The notes beneath the pieces are model-generated. The model was not told the DNA's origin. It was given only the letters and a program-made list of their open reading frames with translations, and ran no database searches. Below, piece by piece: positions 34,872-44,200 of a DNA stretch of 64,000 nt. The stretch lies in the NCBI GenBank assembly GCA_963663855.1, contig OY760646.1:1076257-1140256 (forward strand), read 5' to 3'. Position numbers and translations under genes: made by a program. The stretch is from Methanomassiliicoccaceae archaeon (lineage in GTDB: Archaea > Thermoplasmatota > Thermoplasmata > Methanomassiliicoccales > Methanomassiliicoccaceae). Every line of letters starts with the position of its first letter. Positions within the stretch are counted from its first letter, which is position 1.

Positions 34872-35903
34872 ATGGCTGAGAAGGTTACCCTCCGGGCGTG
34901 CCCCTACTGCGGGAGCATGGACACGCACCCCGCGCTGCTGTTCGGCGGACCGCTGCCGTGGGTGGACCACAACGACGGCGGGTACCACTGCCGCCACTGC
35001 GGTCGGACCGCGGTACCCCTGGACTTCGATTCCAAGGAGGACCTTCTGGCGTTCCAGAGGAGCATCAAGGCCGTGGGCGGGAAAGCGGACGAGGGTTTCT
35101 TCCACCTGCCCATCATGCCCGTGGACACCTCCTCCCTGTTCGACCTGCCGATGCTGAAGCTCCCGGTGGCGCAGGTCGCCAACGTGGTGGAGGTGGAGTG
35201 GGAGCGCGGTTACCGCGTGCGCGGCCGCAGCGAGCGCTTCTCGCGCTACTGGTCAGCGGTGCAGAGCCCCCGCTACTCTGCGAAGGAGGTCCTGCTGCTC
35301 GACCTGGCCGGCGTGCGTAACGGGAGGCCCAACTTCGATGTGCTGAAGAAGCTCATCAGGACGAAGTACCAGGTGTGGCTGGACCTCGGGGTGCGGGAGC
35401 TGGACGACGTGTTCGACGCCTTCACCATGGACGTGGCGCGTACCATCCTCAGCTCCATGACCGCTCCCGACCTCGGCGTGTTCGAGGAGGCGTTCGAGAT
35501 CTCCGATCGAGTGGTGCCGTGCCTACACCTGGCGGGTGATGTCCTCTGGTCCCGCAAGGGCGTCGGCCCCACGCGGCTGGAGGAGGCGGTGGCGGCCATG
35601 AGGGACATCGGCTTCGAGCTCATCGGCGTCATCGACCTGCCCCGCCTGGGACGGGGCCAGGGCGTGGACACGCAGCTCGTGGAACGGCTGTCGAGGCTGG
35701 ACGGTCACATCATCGTCGGTGGAGGGGTCTTAGAGAGGGACCTGGACACCATGCGCGCCTCCGGCCTGGCGGGGGCGTTCATGGACCCCTTCACCCCGGT
35801 GATCGGGGACCTGCTGAGCGAGGACGAGAGGGAGCTGCCCACCGAGGACGCGGCGCCCGCCGTGCGCCCCGCGGCCAAGGGCACGGGCCTCCCGGGAGAG
35901 TGA
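34872..35903 (+). CDS. N-terminal zinc-ribbon fused to a HisA/HisF-family (beta/alpha)8-barrel-like domain; function unknown
   Basis: CPYCGS...CRHCG four-Cys ribbon. Then LLLDLAGVRNGRPNFDVLKKLIRTKYQVWLDLGVRELDDVFDAF...DVARTIL and ELIGVIDLPRLGRGQGVDTQLVERLSRLDGHIIVGGGVLERDLDTMRASGLAGAFMD, which parallel the two phosphate-binding half-barrels of HisA/HisF. Confidence 0.5.
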   Translation: MAEKVTLRACPYCGSMDTHPALLFGGPLPWVDHNDGGYHCRHCGRTAVPLDFDSKEDLLAFQRSIKAVGGKADEGFFHLPIMPVDTSSLFDLPMLKLPVAQVANVVEVEWERGYRVRGRSERFSRYWSAVQSPRYSAKEVLLLDLAGVRNGRPNFDVLKKLIRTKYQVWLDLGVRELDDVFDAFTMDVARTILSSMTAPDLGVFEEAFEISDRVVPCLHLAGDVLWSRKGVGPTRLEEAVAAMRDIGFELIGVIDLPRLGRGQGVDTQLVERLSRLDGHIIVGGGVLERDLDTMRASGLAGAFMDPFTPVIGDLLSEDERELPTEDAAPAVRPAAKGTGLPGE

Positions 35904-36168
35904 GGGTGCGGGGCGGACTGGTGCGCCCTTCGAGCGCTGGCAAAAAGGATAAATGCGAGCCAGCCGGAAGATGCGGAAATTTAACGGGCTTATATGATGC
36001 TGTTAAATACCAAACCGTGCTAGTGCATGTCCGGATGGGGTCGAACCAAATCGCTAGGTGGCCTTCGTGGTCGAGATCCGTTAAAGAGCCTGTCGTAGTG
36101 AGCGCAGGCGATGATGACTTCCATGCTACGGGCCAGGGCTTGATCCATCGTTGCGGGGTGAGCTCGTA

Positions 36169-37920
36169 ATGAAGGTGGCGGCATTGGTGCTGACCGCGGC
36201 CATGCTGGCGGTGGCGCTCGGCGGAACGGTGGCCGCCACGGACGGCGAGGACACCATCGCCTTCCTCATCGACTTCGGGGACGGACGCACGTACTGGGTG
36301 GACGTGCCCCGGGAGAAGGGGATGAACGGCTACGACGTCTTCACCAACGTCACCGAGAAGTTAGGGTTCACCGAGACGCACATCACGCTGGACAAGTACG
36401 GCCACCAGATCATGAGCATCGAGGGGTACGGCGGCAACTATAACTTCTCCAACCCCAACGCTCCGTACGACTTCTGGCGGCTGCTGCGGTGGGATGGCTC
36501 CACCGACAGCTGGGTGTGGACCGACACCCTCCTGGACGGTATCGACCTCGATGCCACGAAGGCCATCGCCTTCATCTACACCCGGTGGACGTACATGGGC
36601 CCGCCGGCCTCCACTCCCGACGACCGGGACTCGTGGATCACCGAGCGGGGCGATTACTCCAACACCGGCAGCGTTCTCAGCTACTCCCCGTCCAGCGTGG
36701 ACCTGCAGTGGTCCAAGGACCTGGGCAACGGGGCGGTGGACGCTCCCGCCATATACGCCGCGGGTAACACCTACGCGGTGACCAGCGGGACGAAGAGCGG
36801 TGATGAGTACACCACCAACGCCACCGTGATGTGCCTGGACAGCGCCGGGGACGAGGTGTGGAGCGAGGACGTGGGGAAGGGCCACCACGTCGCGGCCCCC
36901 ATGTACTGGAACGGGTTCGTGTACGTGCCCTCGGCGGACGGGAAGCTCTACGCCATCAATGGCGAGACCGGCTTTACCCGGTGGAGCTACGACACTGGCA
37001 CATCTCCGGACGGCATAACCTCCTCCCCGGTGATGTACCAGAACCTCATCATCGTGGCCAACGCCGACGGCAACGTGGTGGCGTTGGACCAGTCGGGGGC
37101 GCTGAAGTGGAGCAAGAAGTTGCCTACTGGCGTCAGCTCATCGCCCGCGGTGCGCAACGGCATCCTCTTGGTAGGCGGCGATGACGGCACGCTCTACGCC
37201 CTTTCCGGGGACGGGAAGAGGCAGGAGTGGTCCGTTCCGCTGGGCGACAGCATAAGCGGCGCGCCCATCACCACCGAGGACCAAGTACTGGTACCGTACT
37301 CCGAGGGGGACAATGGAGGGTTGGCGTCCATCTCGTACGAGGGCAGCGTGGACTGGACAGCTGAGATCGATGGCACGCCCAGCATGGCTTCCCTCACGCC
37401 GGAGGGAGCGGCGGTCGTCTCCAGTGAGGGACTGACCCTGGTGGACCTCAACGGCACCGCGCAGTGGACGGCGGACGTGGACGGTGCGAGCGCCGGGTCC
37501 TCCGTGGTCGCGGTGAACGGCATGAGCTACGTCGTCACCGGCGGCGAGAGCAGCAAGGTCGTGGCCGTGGACAACGAGGGCAAGGTGGCGTGGACCGAGG
37601 ATGCCGGATCGTCCGTCAGTGCATCTCCCTCCCTGGTCAACGGCACCATGCTCCTGCCGTCCAGCGGTGGGTCCCTGCTCTCGTTCTCGTTCGTGGACCT
37701 GCAGAGGGAGCCCCAGACCAACGGCAACGACAATGGGAACGATGGCTCCACCAACGGCAATAATGACGGCAGCAACGATGGAAGCAATGACGGTACCGAC
37801 GGAGCCAACGACGGGTCGAAGGGGATCGGCGGCAACCTCGCCATGATCGGCGGTGTGGTGGCCTTGGCGCTCATCGTGGTGGCACTGCTCGCGGTGCGGT
37901 GGCGCAAGAGGAAGAGCTAG
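36169..37920 (+). CDS. surface-anchored protein: signal peptide, DUF4430-like domain, PQQ-type beta-propeller repeats, N/D/G-rich linker, C-terminal TM and basic tail
   Basis: MKVAALVLTAAMLAVALGG signal peptide. IAFLIDFGDGRTYWV...FWRLLRWDGSTDSWVW resembles DUF4430. Repeated GKLYAINGETGFTRWSY / GNVVALDQSGALKWS / GTLYALSGDGKRQEWS are PQQ repeats. Then NGNDNGNDGSTNGNNDGSNDGSNDGTDGANDG, then IGGVVALALIVVALLAV plus RWRKRKS. Confidence 0.65.
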   Translation: MKVAALVLTAAMLAVALGGTVAATDGEDTIAFLIDFGDGRTYWVDVPREKGMNGYDVFTNVTEKLGFTETHITLDKYGHQIMSIEGYGGNYNFSNPNAPYDFWRLLRWDGSTDSWVWTDTLLDGIDLDATKAIAFIYTRWTYMGPPASTPDDRDSWITERGDYSNTGSVLSYSPSSVDLQWSKDLGNGAVDAPAIYAAGNTYAVTSGTKSGDEYTTNATVMCLDSAGDEVWSEDVGKGHHVAAPMYWNGFVYVPSADGKLYAINGETGFTRWSYDTGTSPDGITSSPVMYQNLIIVANADGNVVALDQSGALKWSKKLPTGVSSSPAVRNGILLVGGDDGTLYALSGDGKRQEWSVPLGDSISGAPITTEDQVLVPYSEGDNGGLASISYEGSVDWTAEIDGTPSMASLTPEGAAVVSSEGLTLVDLNGTAQWTADVDGASAGSSVVAVNGMSYVVTGGESSKVVAVDNEGKVAWTEDAGSSVSASPSLVNGTMLLPSSGGSLLSFSFVDLQREPQTNGNDNGNDGSTNGNNDGSNDGSNDGTDGANDGSKGIGGNLAMIGGVVALALIVVALLAVRWRKRKS

Positions 37921-38079
37921 CCACGCTCTCGTTCCTTCCTCTTATGGAACACCCCCCGGACCGTGGAAGGGCCCGCATCACGGGGCAGAAGGTTCTCGGG
38001 TGCCCATGTTAGAACTTACCCTTCAAACAAGGAGCGTACGGGAAAGGACAGGTCAAGGAGAATGATGCCTGCATCCTGC

Positions 38080-38295
38080 ATGGTTTAGGTCATTATCAAT
38101 CTCCAGAACAACAAAAATATTCCGAGAAGGACCCCAATATAAAAAAAATTAATAATAAAGTGTTCTGGCCCTCCTCCGATGGCACATCATAAGGCCAATT
38201 ATTTTTTAATTAATATCAATTATCCAGAAAAAAAATTTGCTGTGATATTCACCGGACTACGTATTTAAGCGCCGCACCCGTCCAGCGAGAGAAAG
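38080..38295 (+). promoter_or_regulatory. AT-rich island (markedly below window GC) upstream of the giant surface-protein gene; probable strong promoter with a TATTTAAG box about 27 nt before the GTG start
   Basis: Runs such as aatataaaaaaaattaataataaag and aattattttttaattaatatcaattatccagaaaaaaaattt in an otherwise GC-rich window. tatttaagcgcc lies at about 38262. Confidence 0.45.
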
Positions 38296-41200
38296 GTGGT
38301 TCTTATCTCGAAGCCAGACAAAGCAAGATGGGTGAAAGGCGCCATAGCTCTGTCCGCCGTGGTCGCCATCGGCCTGCTACTAGCAGGTCTGGTCGTACCT
38401 TTGCTGGGTACGAGCGATCATGACGGTAATAACACGAATGATGAGTCAGGGTCCAGTGTAGGCACCGGCCCGGTGCTCGACACGCCGTTCCGGATAAACG
38501 GCGATGCCGAACTTGACGCCAAGGCATCGGCTTCGGGATGGAGCGGCAATGGAACGCCCGCCAATCCTTACATCATCACCAACCTGAACATAAATCCGGG
38601 TACCGGATCGTACAGCACATATGGCATATACATCGGCAACACCACGAGGTCTTTTGTCGTCCAGTCCGGAACGATCTACCGCACCACGACCGATTCCTCT
38701 AGCGTCTACAGCACCGGCGCCGTCAACCTGTATCATGTCCAGAACGCGCAGGTGAACAGCGTGAGCATCCCCTCGGCCTACACTGGTGTCCTTCTGACGG
38801 GATGCAAGAACGTGACCATGAGCGGTGTATCGGTCTCCAATGCCAACACCTACTGTGTGAAGATCGACAGCTGCGACAATGTTACCATCACAAACAGCTA
38901 CTTTTCCTCGGCCAACCTCAACAATGTTCTGGCCTCCAATTCCAAGAACCTCTCCATAGGGCAGAACACCATCGTCAGCTCCAAAGGGGAAGGTCTCCGC
39001 ATGGTGAGCTCCCACAACAGCTCGGTCTCCGGCAACTCCTTCTACAACTCTCAGGCCGCGCAGATAAGGCTGGTGAGCTCGAACCACACCATCATCCAAT
39101 ACAACAGTGTCTCCAGCTACCAAGGGATAACGGTGGAGTCCTCATCCTTCGACATCATAAGGAACAACAGCATGAGCTCCACCTACGCCAACAGTAAAGG
39201 CGTCTATCTCCTTTCCAGCAACAACATCAGCGTGCTGGGCAACGACATCAGCTATTACGCCTTCGGTGTGTTGTCCACGACCTCGGTGGACGGCCTCATC
39301 GGTAACAACACCGTTCAGGGATGCTACAACGGCATCACCATGCAGACCAGCAGCGTCCGCAACGTGGTGCAGGACAACTCGGTCACCAACATCCAGTCCA
39401 TCGGCGTTCGCATATTGAGCTCCAATGACAGTTTGGTGCGCAACAACACCTGCCAGAGCTGCCAGGTGGGCATATACCTCGACGGCTCAGGGAGGAACGC
39501 GATCGACGGCAACACCGTCGATTTGTGCTACACCGGCCTGGGACTGACCAGCAGCCCGGACGGCAGGATCACCGGCAATAAGATCTCTCATTGCACCTGG
39601 AGCGGTATCGCTCTGAGCTATTCGGAGAACAACGTGCTGTTCGAGAACGCCCTGGAGTCCTGCTCCATCACCATGGACGGCTTCAAGAACGCGTTCAGCA
39701 CCCAGGACATACCTGTGAACAACACCGTCAACGGCAGGCCGGTGTACTACTACGCCAACGCGGACATGGACAATGCCACGGTGCCGCTGGACGCGGGACA
39801 GGTCATCCTGGCCAACGTGACGTACGTGCATGTGACCGGCCTCAACCTCAGCGATCAGAACGCGGGGCTGGTGATGAGCTTCTGCTCCAACGTGCTGGTC
39901 GAGGATAGCACCTTCATCGACAACCACCCCTATGGGATGGCCATATACTACTCGGAAGACAACGTGTTCCGCGGGAACCAGCTGGAGGGCTGCTACATCA
40001 GCATCTACATGATGAGCTCCAACAACAACCTCTTCGACCGCAACACCATGACCTCGTCCAATGTGGGACTGGACCTGCATTACTCCATCGGGACCGTGAT
40101 GGTGGCGAACGAGATCGGCAATTGCTCCGAGGCGGGCATCTCCCTTGCCGGCTCTGAGAGCAGCCAGTTATACGATAACGTTCTGGTGGACTGCTCCGTG
40201 TTCCTCGTGGGCGATGAGAGCGATCACTCCTCTCACATCATCCCGACGAACAACACCGTCAACGGCAGGCCGGTGTACTACTACGCCAACGCGGACCTGG
40301 ACAACGCCACGGTGCCGCTGGACGCGGGACAGGTCATCCTGGCCAACGTGACGTACGTGCATGTGACCGGCCTCAACCTCAGCGATCAGAACGCGGGGCT
40401 GGTCATCGGGTACTCCAGTTACATCCTGGTGGACGAGAACGACCTCTCCCAGGACGCACCCAACGGCATATATGTGTGCTCCTCACAGTACGTGGCGGTC
40501 CTGAACAACAGGGTCACGGGTTCCGATTGCGGCGTCTACCTATACGAATCGTCCTTGCTCCGCGTTGAACATAACATGTTCACTGGATGCTACTGCGGCG
40601 TGGTGGTGGCAGAGTCCAGCATGAGCCAGATATTGAACAATACCTTTTCTGAAACGGACACCGGCCTACGGTTCGAGTACAGCGACGAGGCCCAGGTGGC
40701 CGGGAACATCTTCCTGGAGGGCGGGGACGGCATAAACGTGTACGATTCCCACGACCTCGCCATCGAGGAGAACAGCTTCGACCACATGGACTACGGCGGC
40801 ATCTTCCTATACGAATCGGAAGACAACGAGGTGCAGGACAACCGGATGAACGACACTCAGAACGGCATATTCGTCCAGTACTCAACGTCGAACCTGGTGT
40901 CGGGCAACCACATCACGAACGCCAGCACCGGCATATGCCTGTATGAGACGAGCGGCAACACCATAACCGGGAACAACGTCTCCAGCAGCAACGAGGGCAT
41001 CTATCTCTCGTCCTCCCAGGAGACCATCTCCGGTAACGTGCTCTCCGACTGCTATATTGGCGTGGAGGTCACCGAGTGCGAGGCCGCGGTGGTCGAGGAC
41101 AACGTGATCGCACGATGCGGCGACGGGGTGTTGGTGGTCAACTCCAACGCGGCCGAGGTGCGGTCCAACGATATCACCGAATGCGGAAACGGGATCAGGC

Positions 41201-44200
41201 TGGACGACTACAGCGTGGTGACGGTGAGCCACAACGAGATCGGTGCCTGTGAGGTGGGCGTCCTGGTCTCCAATCAGGAGAACAGCTATCTGCTGAGCAA
41301 CAGCATCACCAGCTGCCTGGAGGCAGGGATCCTGCTGGAGTACATCGACCAGGCGACCCTGTACGACAACGCCCTCCAGGGATGCTCCGTCCTGCTGGAG
41401 GGTAACGAGAATGGGTTCACCTCCCTGGACGTGGCCATCAACAACACCGTCAACGGACGGCCGGTGTACCTATATTGCCACGATGCCCTGGGCGAGGATA
41501 CCATACCCGCCGAGGCGGGAGAGGTCATCCTGTGGGACGTGGACACGGCCCTGATCTCCGGCATGCAGTTCGACAACACCACCGTGGCCGTCCAGATAGG
41601 CTACTCCGATCATGTGACCATCGAGAGCTGCAGGTTCGACAACATGACCTACCGCGGAATATGGGTCACCGCTTCGAGCTCCGTAACGATCTCCCAGAAC
41701 GACTTCGTGGGGTGCGAGGCGGGCCTGTACTCGGGGAACAACGACTACGTGTTGGTGGATTACAACGATTTTGCCGGATGTGCACTGGGTGCACTGGACG
41801 TTGAAGGAAACCAGGTCCTGTTCACCGACAATACCGCCACTGGCTGTGAGGAAGGTCTCAGCATCGATAGGAGCTATAGCGCTGTGGTCGAGGACAATAC
41901 CATCACCAACTGCGCGATCGGGATCATGATCAATGAACGCGCGGAGGTCACTGAGTCCATAATATCCAACTGCACCACGGCGGGGATCATGGTGGAAGGG
42001 GGCGATGGCGCGTCCGTCCACGACAACAGCATCTCGGGCAGCGAGGTCGGCATATACCTGTCCGAGAGCGATGATATGCAGCTTTACCGGAACGTCCTCA
42101 CCTCCTGCAAGGTGGGAGTGAAGGTCGTCGAGGACTACGACGACATGATCTATGAGAACGATATTTCTGGCTCATCGATCAGTGCCATGCTCCTGAGCAA
42201 GTGCGAGGAGGTCTCGGTGTACGGTAACGTGATCGAGGATTGCCAGAGCGGCATCCGTGACGAGCGCGGGTACGATTCCGAGATCCACGATAACGAGATC
42301 GAGGCCTGCCTCGACGGCATCGTGGTCCAGGGTTCCGAGGGGACCTACCTCGATCGGAACAACGTCAATGCCTCGGAGCGGTACGGCATATCCATCATAG
42401 GGTCGGAGTACGTGCGGGCGGAGTACAACACCATCTCCAACAGCACGTCCTACGGGATGTGGGTCAACACCTCGTTATACACCACGGTGGACCTTAATCG
42501 CTTCATCGACAACAACGGTGCCGGTGAGGTGTACGACCCGGAGCACGCCCAGGCCTTTGACGACCGCTACGTCTACGTGGACATCTTCGGTCCGGGGATA
42601 TATTTGAACTATCCCGAGGACGGAGATACGATAACCTATGGATATCTCTATCTCGAGATATGGGCCCAGGACGACTCCGGTGTTAACTACTGCGAGTACC
42701 GGCTCAACGACGGGGAGTGGATCGTGCTGGACCGGGATGGCTCATACTTCTGGGACGACGACTACCCCTCTCTAGAGGATGGGGACTACAAGTTGGAGGT
42801 CCGGGGATGGGACATGCTGGGCTTTTCCGCCTCGGCCTTCATCAACTTCACGGCCGTCGAGGGCTACGACATGATGGCCCCCTCACCGTCCACGGTGAAG
42901 GCGGTGGGCGGTCCCGCCGTCATGGCCCCGATCGACGATGATGATGAAGATGAGGGCGAGGACAGCTTCACCCAGTGGTCCACCGATCTCGGCAACTACT
43001 GGAGCGATCGGCTCCTACCGGACGCGGACCGGGACAGCATTGTGGACATTACATACTCCATCGCAGGCGGCAACGGCACCGACATGAGGCCCCTGGGGCA
43101 GGTCATCGCCATCCCGGCCGACCTGAGCGCAACGGAGGATCCGTTCAGCGTGACCCTGGAGTGGAGCGGGTACAACTATTCCCTCGTCGGACCTATCGAC
43201 GGTTATTACCTGACCCGCAACTCCACCACAGGCGGGAACTTCACCGTGGAGCTGGGAAGTGACGCATACTACTATGTCGACAGCACCGTGGACCCGTACC
43301 GGGTGTACACCTACACCCTGGCGGCCTTCAGAGGCGCCGTGGTCGGCGGTGTGACCCAGATCGAGGTCATGACGCCGGACCCATTCCCGCCCAGCATCGT
43401 GATCGATGGGCCAGCGAGCGGCTCTCTGACCAAGAACTCCACCGTGGAGGCATGGTGGACCGGGGAGGACCTCTACTCCGGCATGTCCAACTACGATGTG
43501 AGGCTGAACGAAGGCGAGTGGATCGCCGTCGGGATGTACACCACATACAACTTCACTGGCCTGGTCCAGGGCGAGAACATGCTGTGGGTCAGGGCGGTGG
43601 CCGTCGCCGGCAACACCAACGAGACCTCGGTGACGGTGGTGCTGGACAGCACCGTGCCGTCGGTGAGCGTGGACGCCCCCATAGATGGAGCGGCGTTCCC
43701 GGCCTCCAGCGTCGAGGCCGCCTGGAGCGGCTCTGACCAAGAGAGCGGCATCGCCAGCTACCAGTACCGCGTCGATGGCGGTGAGTGGTACGAGATGGGC
43801 AGCGTCCTGAACGCCACGCTGACCGGCCTGAGCGACGGGGAGCACACCCTGGAGGTCATGGCCGTGGACAACGCCGGCAACAACGCCACCGCCTCGGCAT
43901 CGTTCACCGTCGACACCGTCGGGCCGTTCGTGAGCATCGTCTCCCCGTCCAACGGGACGGCCGTGAACAGCAAGACTGTTAGGTGGGAGGGACAGGACGC
44001 CACCAGCGGGCTGGACCACTACGAGTACAGCCTCGATGGCGGCAACTGGACCTACGTGGCCTCGGCCACCGAGCACGAGTTCGAGGGTCTGAGCGACGGT
44101 GGGCACACCGTCGCCATCAAGATGGTCGATGTGGCCGGCCTCACCGGGTGGGCCAACGTGACCTTCACCCTGGACACCGTGGCACCGGTGGTCAGCATCA

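Noticed and set aside
35990-36150. Possible small RNA (C/D-box-like GATGATGA at about 36101; GGGTCGAACC resembling a tRNA T-arm) in the 265-bp gap before the DUF4430-PQQ gene.
   Set aside because: No matching D box (CUGA) or K-turn partner was found. No cloverleaf could be drawn and no acceptor-stem complementarity was seen. It is most likely just the promoter and leader of the next gene.
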